From the NCBI GenBank assembly GCA_020057115.1, contig JAGVGJ010000032.1:23722-87721 (forward strand): 64,000 nt of DNA. The letters run 5' to 3'. Shown here one piece after another: positions 1 through 9,600 of the stretch. The position numbers were made by a program, and so were the translations under genes. Position 1 is the stretch's first letter, and every line of letters begins with the position of its first letter. Below the pieces are notes generated by a model. The model did not search any database and was not told the origin of the DNA. It saw only the letters and a program-made list of their open reading frames with translations. The DNA is from Candidatus Omnitrophota bacterium (GTDB lineage: Bacteria > Omnitrophota > Gorgyraeia > 2-01-FULL-45-10).

Positions 1-380
1 GTCTTTGTCTTCTTTAATATGCCGCATACGTCATCGGTCTTGCCTGGGGCTTTTGTGATGACCTTTGACAGGTATTTGCCAAGGCTGTCATGGGTCATGC
101 CGCGGTGGACCTTTACGCCCAAGCGAGGGACTTTAGCGAATATTTTGGTATTATTGGGCTTCGCATAAATTGCTTCGCTTAAGTCTTTTCCGACTTTATT
201 CTTATCGATGTCAAAGGCGGCCGAAAACTCTATGTCGTTTATATGATAACCGCCCAGATTAACATGCATTAAACCGGGAATAAAATCATCGCCCTTCGCA
301 TTTTTATAATACTCTACTCCCTGGACCAGCGAAGAGGCGCAGTTACCCACTCCGATGATCGCAACCCTGATCTTACCCAT
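1..380 (-). CDS. myo-inositol-1-phosphate synthase, N-terminal part (gene runs off the left edge; start codon at 378-380)
   Basis: The reverse-strand translation [27 protein letters not shown]... matches the Rossmann-type N-terminus of archaeal/bacterial MIPS. This ORF is absent from the provided track because it is truncated by the window edge. Confidence 0.75.
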   Translation of the reverse strand, partial: MGKIRVAIIGVGNCASSLVQGVEYYKNAKGDDFIPGLMHVNLGGYHINDIEFSAAFDIDKNKVGKDLSEAIYAKPNNTKIFAKVPRLGVKVHRGMTHDSLGKYLSKVITKAPGKTDDVCGILKKTK

Positions 381-758
381 GTATTGATGCTCCTTTTTCA
401 AGTTATCATAAACTGGCGCAAGAGATAGGGGGCCGAATAAGCTCAAACCCGCAACTCTCCGTCGGATAATAGGTTACAACATTACCTCTTTTTTGTCAAC
501 GACTTACGGCATTCCTTCAGTTCTTATAGTTCTCTGCGGTGATGCGGGGGTCATTTCTTAAAACTCTATACACTACAACCGAAGACGACGGAAAACCGGA
601 AAACGGTTATGTAATGTAATGGAACGATGGCGAATACACCATACTTTTCGAGATATGACATCTTTATCGAAAAAGGTATGATGATCATCAAAAATAGAGC
701 TAAGATGACGGTTAAATTCTTATTCATGTCTCCTTCACAAATAAAAATGGGCGCTTAC

Positions 759-1928
759 CTAGGCATCAGAAAATTCTTCAGAATCCGTGTAAGCCTCTAT
801 CCTTCTGCCAAAAAATGAAAGTATCAATCCTGACATATAGCCGCCGACAAGAGCTATTGCAGCTGCGATAATAATACCTGTAAGCTGAGCTCTTCTGCTC
901 AACCCGCTTATAACGAACATAGCTGCAATGCCGCCCATTAAACCGGGCAGCCCATGTAGATACATGACACCGCAAGTATCCACTTTTTTGATATTCTTCT
1001 GCAGCCATGGAAGGATGACAGCAAAGCCGAACACAGACAAAGCCCCGGCTAACAACCCGATCGCCATAGAGCTGACCGGGTTTGCATGATCGCAAGTAGA
1101 ACCTATAGCCACGCCGCCGGCTAACGATGCATTTGCAATATCAGCAATTGAGATCTTGCGTCTTAAAGCACAAGAAGTGATGTAGGTAGCTAATGTTGCG
1201 CCGCAAAGAGCGATAACGACATTTATCGCTGTTTGTGGCACCTTTTGAACCGGCACAAGCGCTGCGCAAAAGCTTGGCCAAAAAATCCACAGGACCATGC
1301 TCCCTAACATTGAAAATCTATCGCTAACGGCATCCGATTCTATCGGCGTATTAAATTCTTTCTTTGTGGTCATCGTCATTATTAAGCCGAGCCCAAAGAT
1401 AGCTCCGAAAGCATGGATCAGTATAGAGCCTCCGGTATCCGCAAAACCGCCGTTAGGCAACAGCCTCAAACCGCCCGAGAGAAGTATCCATTCATTCAAC
1501 ATATAGCATGGCACAAAAAGCATCCCCAGAATGATATACTGCAGCATCTTCAATCTGCCCAACACCGCGCCGGCGCATATCAAAAGACCCGCTCCTGCAA
1601 ACTCTGCCAAGATCAGCCTCTCTATGCCTGCTTTAGCGCCTCCAAGCAAACCTGAGCTATTGATGCAAATATATAATGGGATTGCTACGCTTACCAACAG
1701 AAAGGTCGCTGTTAAAGCCGAGCGCCCATACTTTTTAACAAAAACCATCAAAAAACCAAAACCGACCAAAAGCATGGCCATTATGTGTATTGCCCGCTCG
1801 TATTTTTGGACATCAACCACTGGATCCAACGAATCAGCTGCCAGACAAATACCTGAAAATATTACCAATACTGCCAATATTATCGGAACTGCTGCCGCCC
1901 AGCGAAATTTTATCATCATTTTCTCCAT
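759..1928 (-). CDS. ammonium transporter, Rh-like branch of the Amt/MEP/Rh family
   Basis: It is a multi-TM protein carrying the Rh-type signature GGSILIHAFGAIFGLGL. The track ORF (to 1979) starts with TTG. The first ATG (MEKMMIKF...) at 1926-1928 has an AAGGT RBS, so the start was trimmed to it. Confidence 0.7.
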   Translation of the reverse strand: MEKMMIKFRWAAAVPIILAVLVIFSGICLAADSLDPVVDVQKYERAIHIMAMLLVGFGFLMVFVKKYGRSALTATFLLVSVAIPLYICINSSGLLGGAKAGIERLILAEFAGAGLLICAGAVLGRLKMLQYIILGMLFVPCYMLNEWILLSGGLRLLPNGGFADTGGSILIHAFGAIFGLGLIMTMTTKKEFNTPIESDAVSDRFSMLGSMVLWIFWPSFCAALVPVQKVPQTAINVVIALCGATLATYITSCALRRKISIADIANASLAGGVAIGSTCDHANPVSSMAIGLLAGALSVFGFAVILPWLQKNIKKVDTCGVMYLHGLPGLMGGIAAMFVISGLSRRAQLTGIIIAAAIALVGGYMSGLILSFFGRRIEAYTDSEEFSDA

Positions 1929-2045
1929 TATTAGTTTTACCTTTGCCAAAAATAAAGCGGCGAAAAGATGGGGAGCCAAATCCCAGAAGAAATTTCAGAA
2001 TTTCTATAAGGCCTTTCATCGTTTCTCCGCCTGAGATCTCATCCC

Positions 2046-3089
2046 TTACGATTTTTTAGCTTTCCACAGAAATTCATTTATGGCATTGGGCTTGCAATCG
2101 GGAGGGCATCCTTTAAGATCCAATTTCTTTTCCAATAATTGCTTCACTTTTTTGCGCTTTCCGCCGCGCCATATCTCTTTAAAAGAGTTATCGTAAATAT
2201 TCCCAAAAACGAACTCCTCGCTATCCCAATAAGCAACGCATGGCGCTATATCGCCGGCGGAATTTAGCACTGACATAAAAGACGTCCCCAGGCAGTGCGC
2301 GTAGCACCTCTCGCCGTGCTTCTTAAAAGAGTCTCTCCTGGCTATCACCTTAAAATCACCGTCCGATAATTTTTCGGCTTCGTCAAGGACCGGATTTATG
2401 ACATCAAGCGTAAACTCCCTATTTATTTTATACGCCTGTGACGAGCCTTTTGGAACAAAAGGTTTTATGACAAAATAATCGATACACGCCTCCTTCATCG
2501 CAACGATACCATCAAGCAGATAGTCTATATTTTCGGGAAGAAGGACATACTGCGCTCCAATATCCACGGAAAGCCCGCGTGAATTCCTTATTCTTACGGC
2601 ATGGGATGCGCTATGGACCACCTTATCAAAAACGTCCGGCTTAACGCCATGTATTTTCGCGTAATTTTCTCTCGTTCCGCCGTTAAAGCTGAACCTGAGG
2701 AATGTAAGCGACGGCAACATCTTTATCGCCATATCATCCTTTAAGAGATGGCCATTCGTATATAGGCCTACATCTATGCCCCTCATCTTTGTATAAGTAA
2801 TAATATTTACGATGTCCGGGTGAAGTAGCGACTCCCCTTCACCCGAGTATAGGATGCTCTTCAAGCCGCAATTCGCAGCCTCATCTACAAAATCAAGAAG
2901 CGAATCCGTAGCTAACATCCTGCCGGGATATCCCATAATGTCATAGGCGCAGAACATGCATCCGTGATTACAATTCCCTACAGGGCTTACCTCCATATAT
3001 AATGGATAGCAGTCGCCATACTCCAGGTATTCGCTGACTCTGTCGTTATGGAGCATAAGCTTAGGGCCATCAGAGATAAAATTAGTCAT
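2046..3089 (-). CDS. radical SAM protein with C-terminal SPASM/twitch-like cysteine cluster, function unknown
   Basis: It has a CNHGCMFC (CX3CX2C) motif and a SGEGESLL glycine-rich SAM motif. C-terminal cysteines CYAHC...C...CPPDC are present. The track start (3134) is a TTG. The ATG at 3087-3089 with an AAGGAA RBS is preferred. Confidence 0.7.
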   Translation of the reverse strand: MTNFISDGPKLMLHNDRVSEYLEYGDCYPLYMEVSPVGNCNHGCMFCAYDIMGYPGRMLATDSLLDFVDEAANCGLKSILYSGEGESLLHPDIVNIITYTKMRGIDVGLYTNGHLLKDDMAIKMLPSLTFLRFSFNGGTRENYAKIHGVKPDVFDKVVHSASHAVRIRNSRGLSVDIGAQYVLLPENIDYLLDGIVAMKEACIDYFVIKPFVPKGSSQAYKINREFTLDVINPVLDEAEKLSDGDFKVIARRDSFKKHGERCYAHCLGTSFMSVLNSAGDIAPCVAYWDSEEFVFGNIYDNSFKEIWRGGKRKKVKQLLEKKLDLKGCPPDCKPNAINEFLWKAKKS

Positions 3090-3120
3090 TAATATATTCC
3101 TTAATTTATGTGGTTGTCGA

Positions 3121-4233
3121 TTAAATTCCGACAAATTGCCGATAAACTGCCGATAATATATAGGATCGGGATCGATTAGATCTGTCAGCGGTTACCAACC
3201 AGCCATCTTTGACCCATCTACGGATCAGGTTCCGCGCCATGCGGCCGGATAAGCCTAATGCCTGAGCAACGTCCTGCGTAATAATATGCTCCTTCTTGGT
3301 AAAAAAAGAAAAGACGATGCGGGCCCGGCGATCAAGTTGTCTTATGAGCTTCGGTTCAGCCTGAACACCTTTTTGAGAAAGCCCAATAGCCTCATCTTTT
3401 GCCTGCGTAAATACTCTGGCCAGGAGAGCGGTAAAATATTCCACCCAGCTTGTCAGGTCTGTCTGAGCCCTGCCTTCGTAGTAGTTATGATGTTTGTGAG
3501 TGGTAAGCGAATTATAATAACCCTCCAAGTCGCGAGCGTGATGTTCTTCCATGGAAAAGAAACCGTGCAGGCCATAATTATCACGCTGCAAGATAAAAGT
3601 TGCCAGAAGCCTGGCCGTCCTGCCGTTGCCATCATAGTATGGATGTATCGTAACGAACTGATAATGCGCCAAAGCCGCAATCATAGGAACGGGTATTTTT
3701 TCTTTTTCTGCCCGATGTATCCAGCGCACCATTTCTGTCATAAGGCCCGACACATCCTTGGCCTCAGGCGGTAAGTAGACAAGCGCGCCGGTCGATGAAT
3801 CACGGATCGCGTTCTGGCCTTCACGATAAGGTGTGGCTTTGGCCCTTTTGCCGTTCCAAACGATCGCATGCAGGCGCTTTATAAGATCTTCGGTCAATTC
3901 GATATGCCTTGAGGCCCAGTCCTCGACTTTAAGAAGCGCGTCCCAGTAATTGCGCACTTCTTTAACGTCTCGCTCCCTTCCATGGAAATGCGCCTTAGGC
4001 TCAGCAATGACCCGCTCCGCTTCTTTCAGCGTAAGACGGTTACCTTCGATACGCGTTGAATAATGAGATGACCGGACTCGCGCTTTATGGCGAAGCTCAG
4101 CTTCAATAGCCGGGGATAAAGGCGTATTTTCCACCACTGCCTTGGCCGCTTCGATATCCATGAGCGACCGGGCAATATTCGGGCTTATCCTGTAAGCAGG
4201 TTTCCAGATGGGGTATTTATTGTTCGCTTTCAT
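3121..4233 (-). CDS. Fic/DOC family protein (class II, N-terminal inhibitory SxxxEG motif), paralog 1
   Basis: It carries the Fic active-site motif HPYYDGNGRTARL and the inhibitory motif STRIEGN. The N-terminal 37 codons of the track ORF lie in AT-rich promoter-like sequence. The start was moved to the ATG at 4231-4233 (MKANNKYPIW). Confidence 0.8.
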   Translation of the reverse strand: MKANNKYPIWKPAYRISPNIARSLMDIEAAKAVVENTPLSPAIEAELRHKARVRSSHYSTRIEGNRLTLKEAERVIAEPKAHFHGRERDVKEVRNYWDALLKVEDWASRHIELTEDLIKRLHAIVWNGKRAKATPYREGQNAIRDSSTGALVYLPPEAKDVSGLMTEMVRWIHRAEKEKIPVPMIAALAHYQFVTIHPYYDGNGRTARLLATFILQRDNYGLHGFFSMEEHHARDLEGYYNSLTTHKHHNYYEGRAQTDLTSWVEYFTALLARVFTQAKDEAIGLSQKGVQAEPKLIRQLDRRARIVFSFFTKKEHIITQDVAQALGLSGRMARNLIRRWVKDGWLVTADRSNRSRSYILSAVYRQFVGI

Positions 4234-4239
4234 AATATA

Positions 4240-4268
4240 ATTATACCATTTATAGGAAATAAATGCAA
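4240..4268 (-). promoter_or_regulatory. sigma70-like promoter for Fic paralog 1 (TTGCAT-17nt-TGGTATAAT), near-leaderless
   Basis: The minus-strand sequence reads TTGCATttatttcctataaatggTATAATtatattATG. It has an extended -10 TG and a 17-nt spacer. Confidence 0.4.
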
Positions 4269-4380
4269 CATCAATGATAATTTTATATAAAAAGTATCTT
4301 ATTATTTCCGATAAATTTCCTATTGTATCATACGATACTATCATCCTATTATATTTAGAATCCCAGAAGAATTTCTTAGA

Positions 4381-4477
4381 AAAGATCGGTTCGAACTTTA
4401 TTTTAAAAGAGCGCCGGATAAATTTTTCGTCGGAAGGTACCTTCCGACTCTATTTACCCGACGCCCCTTGTCCTAAC
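4381..4477 (-). repeat. conserved tRNA-Ser trailer element, copy A (contains 18-nt perfect palindrome TCGGAAGGTACCTTCCGA at 4430-4447)
   Basis: It shares about 90% identity with 21201..21329 downstream of tRNA-Ser(UGA), apart from a 33-nt indel. It sits between the tRNA 3' end and the Fic gene. Confidence 0.7.
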
Positions 4478-4569
4478 TGGCGGAGAGATAGGGATTCGAA
4501 CCCTAGGACAGCCTTTCAGCCGTCGCACGCTCTCCAAGCGTGTGCCTTAAACCACTCAGCCATCTCTCC
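4478..4569 (-). tRNA. tRNA-Ser (anticodon GGA), with CCA encoded
   Basis: Reverse complement GGAGAGATGGCTGAGTGGTTTAAGGCACACGCTTGGAGAGCGTG...GGGTTCGAATCCCTATCTCTCCGCCA. It has a long variable arm, a TTCGAAT T-loop and the anticodon loop TTGGAGA. Confidence 0.85.
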
Positions 4570-4572
4570 GCG

Positions 4573-5793
4573 TTAAAAATGATTCTTGAGAATATGATAT
4601 AACTTATCGTTCCTGGTAAAGTTCTCCGTCTTCCAGGAATTTATGATGTGGCTCTTCTCTTTATTCCACAAAGCATAGAATGTCTCCCAGCCGGTCACAG
4701 GCCCTTTCCGGTTGACCCAGGGCGGATTATCTACATACCTGTATATGCCGTCCGGAAATACGGAATTCGCAACGCTCTTATATGTCCAGTATGTCCAGTG
4801 GAAACGGTTCTTCTCGAATATGTAAAGGATGTCCTTCACCCAGACGAGCTCTCCATAATTGCCGTCCCTGCAGTTGACGCCGAACTCTCCCACGTAAAGA
4901 GGGACGTTATGTTTTGAAACATATTTCTTATATTGTTTCGCGAGAAGTTCGATCACGCTCTTGTCCCAGCTGATCTTGTTGACCTTACCGGGATATGTAA
5001 GCCCCGGGATCCAGTTGAACGCGAACTCGGTCGGGACGTATGCATGGACGCTGTAAGCGGTGTTCTTGTCCTTGGGCGTGCCCAAAAAGAAGATCCTGGC
5101 CGACCATTCGCTGCCCTCGAGGAATATGATATGGTTCTGGTCGACGTCGCGTATCTCTTTGGTGACACGCTCATAGAGATCTTTCAATGCAAGCTCCTGG
5201 TGGAGCGGTACTATCGGCTCGTTCAATACGTCATACCCGGCTACGGCGCTTGAGTCCTTATAACGCTCTGCGAGGAAACGCCACAGCCTTAAATACCTGT
5301 CCTGATTGAACGGGTCTTTGAAGAACTCGGGCTCGCCGACGCAGTCGGAATGCCAGTCGGGATTCTGCGCTCCGGGGGCGGCGTGCAGGTCGAGGATGCA
5401 GTAAAGACTGTGCGCTTCGCACCATTCTACGACGCGGTCGAGATATTTAAGGCCTTCCTCATTCAAGCTGAAAGCCCTTTCCTCAAACTCGACCAGGCGG
5501 TAATTGAACGGGACGCGAATGCAATTTGCGCCGGATTCTTTGATAAGTTTTATGTCATGCTCGCGGATGAATGTATCGCGCCACGCCCTGGTGAATTCTT
5601 CGACCGCTTCCCTGCCGGCAGATTTTTCAAGGCCTTCTTTAAATGCTTTCTCCGGTATGTTGCGGCCGCACATCATATAGCCTTCCATCATGAGCCAGCC
5701 GCCCAGGGCGAAGCCCTTGAGGGTGACGGGCCTTCCGGCGTCATCGACTATATCGGTCTTATTTACTTTCAGGAATGGCAGTTTTTTTGGCAT
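4573..5793 (-). CDS. glycoside hydrolase family 5 (cellulase/mannanase-like)
   Basis: It has the GH5 catalytic motifs VLNEP (acid/base Glu) and VGEFG (nucleophile Glu). No obvious signal peptide is present. Confidence 0.7.
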   Translation of the reverse strand: MPKKLPFLKVNKTDIVDDAGRPVTLKGFALGGWLMMEGYMMCGRNIPEKAFKEGLEKSAGREAVEEFTRAWRDTFIREHDIKLIKESGANCIRVPFNYRLVEFEERAFSLNEEGLKYLDRVVEWCEAHSLYCILDLHAAPGAQNPDWHSDCVGEPEFFKDPFNQDRYLRLWRFLAERYKDSSAVAGYDVLNEPIVPLHQELALKDLYERVTKEIRDVDQNHIIFLEGSEWSARIFFLGTPKDKNTAYSVHAYVPTEFAFNWIPGLTYPGKVNKISWDKSVIELLAKQYKKYVSKHNVPLYVGEFGVNCRDGNYGELVWVKDILYIFEKNRFHWTYWTYKSVANSVFPDGIYRYVDNPPWVNRKGPVTGWETFYALWNKEKSHIINSWKTENFTRNDKLYHILKNHF

Positions 5794-5818
5794 GGCACAT
5801 TGGTTGTTAACTTATCTC

Positions 5819-5859
5819 AAAAATAGGGACAGTCCCCTTCGGGGACAGTCCCTATTTTT
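5819..5859. terminator. bidirectional intrinsic terminator: AAAAATAGGGACAGTCCCC-TTCG-GGGACAGTCCCTATTTTT
   Basis: It is a perfect 19-bp inverted repeat flanked by A5 and T5 runs. It lies between the coiled-coil gene stop (5867) and the GH5 start (5793). Confidence 0.8.
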
Positions 5860-5866
5860 ACCTGTT

Positions 5867-6538
5867 TTATTCGCCCTCGCCCGTCTTCTTCTCCAGCGCG
5901 GCCTTGAACATGGAATTCATCTCTTCGAGCTTCGCCGCCTTGGCCTCGAGCTCCTCGTTTATCTTTTTAAGCTCTTCCGTCTTGCTGGACAGGTCCTCAT
6001 TCTCTTTTCTCATCTCGCTGACCTCGTCGGCGACAAGCGAGTGCTGTTCTTTAAGCGCCTGGTCGACAATGGCCTTCGCCTTGGAGGTCCTATCCATATC
6101 TTCTTCGAGCTCCTTATTCCGCCTTCTTATCTCTTCCATCTCTGCGCGGAGGAGCGTATTATCTTTTTCCGTGCGGTCGAATTCGTCTTTTTTTACGCCA
6201 GAGCCCTTCTCTTTTCTCAAGGATTCCATCTCATCTTTAAGGGCCTGGTTTTCCTTTATCACTTCACCGACCTTGGTCTTGAGCTGATTGTTGTGGTCTT
6301 TTAACTGCGGGAGGTAGGATTCAAGGCCGCTATTTATCTCCTTTAGCATGACTATCTCTTTGCGGGGATCATATTTCACCTTCTCCGGCGCGCTCGTCTT
6401 GATAGGAGCGGCCGTAGTCACCGATTGTACGGGCTTATCTGTTTTTTTCTTCCAGAACTCCCACCCAGCGGCGGACGCGGATGTTGCGGCGAATATCAAT
6501 ATAAGGCCAGCGATAAAAATAGAGACTGTCTTTCTCAT
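5867..6538 (-). CDS. secreted coiled-coil protein (signal peptide followed by a Lys/Glu-rich heptad-like region)
   Basis: The N-terminus MRKTVSIFIAGLILIFAATSASAAG looks like a signal peptide. The remainder is EEL/KEL-rich, and no enzymatic motif is seen. It lies directly downstream of the giant gene. Confidence 0.6.
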   Translation of the reverse strand: MRKTVSIFIAGLILIFAATSASAAGWEFWKKKTDKPVQSVTTAAPIKTSAPEKVKYDPRKEIVMLKEINSGLESYLPQLKDHNNQLKTKVGEVIKENQALKDEMESLRKEKGSGVKKDEFDRTEKDNTLLRAEMEEIRRRNKELEEDMDRTSKAKAIVDQALKEQHSLVADEVSEMRKENEDLSSKTEELKKINEELEAKAAKLEEMNSMFKAALEKKTGEGE

Positions 6539-6646
6539 ATAATGCCTCCGTATAATTTTTTATATATGGTAATTATTATAAGTATGGCATATAAGGGGGA
6601 TTTTTGCAATATTTTTGGGTATGTAGAAATATAGAGGGACGGCGTG

Positions 6647-9600
6647 TTACAGGGACATCAATACGGCATCCTGGGCGCGCTTCCAGGCCTTGATATCATT
6701 GAAGTTTATCTTCCTTATCGGGAGGGTATAGCCCTTCTCGAATATCTTCTTCAATATATCCTTCGGATCCTCCTTGCCGCTTGCGACAAGCGCTATCATG
6801 TTGAGAAGGTCCTGGTGGTCCTGAGCGGCCCTCTCCTCCGCAGTGAGGCGGTCGTAATCGAGGAGTTTTATTCCGAATGCGAAGAATGTAGCTGTGTCCG
6901 GGAATTCTCCTGCGGTGTCTATCGACACGACTCTTACCCTGTCAAGTCCGGGGGTATTTTTTTCTGCAAGGTCTTTCATGACGAGAGAGAATGTCTTCTC
7001 GAGTTTCTTTGGCAGGAATACGATCGCTCTTGCGTCTTTCGGCGCCGCAGCAGCTTCCATGGCCTTGGCGGCTTTTGTTATTATATCGGCTATCTCGAAA
7101 TCGCTTGCGTCTTCCATGCCGATAATAGATTTGGCGCTAACATTAAAATCTTTCTCAATAACGCCGCCGGCCCTATTGCCTATATTGGTGCCCGGGGCTT
7201 TCAACCCTAAATCCGGCAGGAACTGGACTACTACGTTAAGTTTGTTTGGCCAGGCGCTCGAGAGGCTTTCAGCTATAACAACAAATCTCAAACTTGCTTC
7301 TATCATTTGTTTATTCTCAGCGGAGAGGGGCGATGAGTCTAAAGCTTCAAGGAGCTGTTTTATCACTTTGTCGGCAGTTAAGGCGCTATTCTTTGTGAGG
7401 CTTCCGAGCACATCTTTTGCGGCATTGTTCAGCGCGGCCTGGTCAAGCTTTGAGCCAGGTATAAGCTGTTCGGCAACAATACGGTCAAGGGCTTGCGAGT
7501 AAGGACTGGCCACAAGCGAAGTCGGCGATGGGACAACCGGACCTATAACGCCGCTCGTTGAGATAGACTGGCCGCTGGTATCAAGGACTTTCTTGGATTC
7601 ATCGATTGGGCCCAGCTCATCGTAACCGGCAACTTCGAGGGTCCCGACGCTTCCATCTGCATCCGGATAAAGCGTGGCATTCATTTTGTATTTGCCCGCG
7701 TCATAATCTTTTTCATATATAGTAAATAGGGCTTTTGCTTTCGCGCGCGACTCCGCCCTCAGTGCCGGATCAAGCTTCGACAAGAATTTCCTGAATGCCG
7801 TTTTGTCTTTGGCAGGCGCTTGCAGGAAATCTACGGCGAAATGTGCGATCGTAGCGGTAGGTATCCCTCCGAGCTTCGGGTCCATCTCGACCGCTTTATT
7901 AAGAGAGGATGCGGCAGCGGTGAAGTGCTCCTCTAAACCGGTGTCTCTAAGTCTCTTCAAGGCCTCTCCGGCCTCTAAGAGATATTGCGTGATCTTATCC
8001 TCCGGCGTTATCGCCGCTTTCTCGACCGCCGGCGTAACCACCATAGCTGTTGGCGCGGCAGGCACAACCGGCCTTCTGACGTCACTAAGCCTGTAGATGA
8101 GGAGGTTCGCATCGTCATGGACTATCGAGTCTACGGTCTTCACGGTGCCATCGGGCTGGATCACATCTTTTTTGACCATATTCTTAGCCATCGAATCTAT
8201 CGTGCTCTTGCCCGCGGCTATCTGAAGTGCCTCATGTGAGGCCTTCATGAGAAAATAATCATTGGCAGTCTTGTCGGTAAAAGGCGCGTAGCTTCCGACC
8301 TTGAAATCGGCGGGGTCGTATATATCATTCCTCTCGGCATCCATAGCTTCATTGAACCTGTCATTTGCGAAAACTATGGCCCGCACATTATCTTTAACGA
8401 TTATATTGGCTCTCGCATAAGCCGGCAGAAGTGTCTCCACTTGATTCGGATCAAGCATATCTATGTTCTTAAGCGGTTCGATGGCTTTCTCCCGGACGAA
8501 CCCTAGGGCCGTCGCCTTCTTCTTAGATGATTCGCTTGTGATATTATCGGCAATATATTTATCCACTGCCGCGCGCTTGTCGCTTTCATTGGTAAGCATA
8601 GCATCGGACATTATCTCTTTTATCTTGGCTGTCAGGTCCGTAGGAACATCTCTACTTATAACGGCTATCGGCATGCCGCCGGCATTATAGTCATAGGTAC
8701 GCTTAAGCCTATTATCTATCAAGACAGAATTATAAGTAATAAACATCCTGGTGCTCCCGAGTCCGACCTTCGCCAGTTCAAGCGACATGGCGGCCTGCAG
8801 ATAAGCTTGATATGCTGATAACACCTTCTTTGTCTGGCCTACTTGGTCGCCTTCGGGCATCGTCGATGCTATAGTCTCTATCGCCTCGATCGCTGTCATC
8901 ATCTTACCGTTCATCGGATAACGGAAATCCTTCGCTATCCTGTATAATATGCACCCGACTATGGCGCCCTGTATGCCATGGCCCGATACATCGCCCATCT
9001 CCATAAGAGCGAAGCGGCCGTCCTTGCTTTCAGCGAATGAATGCCAGTCCCCGCCTGCCGCATTTGCCGCGTCGAAAGGATTTTGTATCATCTGCTTCCT
9101 AAATATATCTACATTCTGCGTCTTAATGCCTTTATCAAGCTCGGTCTGTATCGCGTTAAACTCTTCAGAAGTGACGCCAAACATGCTGATGGCCCTCGCC
9201 ATGCTTTCAGCGTCATTGTGCTCTTCGAGCGTCTCCATTACATCCTTCGAGAGGAGCGTCTTATTATGCTTCACGATCTCCTTGTTAATAGCATTGTCGA
9301 TGACATCGGCGGCCTTGCTCAGCTCTAGAGCTTTCGTTATTGCAGCTGTGGCCATCTGAAGCTGGACTCTATCTAATATATTGATCTTCATCTGTCCTCT
9401 TAAAGCATCTACAGCCTCTTTCTGCACTATCCCAGCGGCATTTAGATTTACAAGCATGTCCAGTGCCACGTTAAGGTCTATCGCCTCTACGCCTTCGTTA
9501 GCCTTTAAGGCCTCTTGTCTTATATCTTCAATGCTCTTGTCTTCCGCCGCTCTCAACTCTTCAGCGTCTTTTAAAGCTGCAGTGGCGGCATTCAGCAATT

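Noticed and set aside
627-818. 63-aa plus-strand ORF in the ino1-amt intergenic region
   Set aside because: It is short with no motif. It overlaps the amt 3' end and lies in a region where all genes are minus-strand.
759-1979. Long N-terminal extensions in track ORFs (Amt 1979, rSAM 3134, Fic1 4344, PhoB 36340, SOR 26003, archease 25626, SirC 48753, CysK2 49802, BtuF 57851)
   Set aside because: The track's first codon is TTG or lies in AT-rich promoter DNA. In several cases it overlaps a tRNA (PhoB) or the upstream gene (CysK2). Downstream ATGs with good RBSs give family-typical N-termini.
4274-4576. Plus-strand ORF running through the conserved element and antisense across tRNA-Ser(GGA); similar shadow ORFs at 17941..18252, 21140..21376, 21365..21679, 36310..36552
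   Set aside because: They overlap well-formed tRNA genes and several use TTG starts. The 33-nt indel between element copies keeps the frame, but copy B has no start codon and an upstream stop. I interpret this as coincidence.
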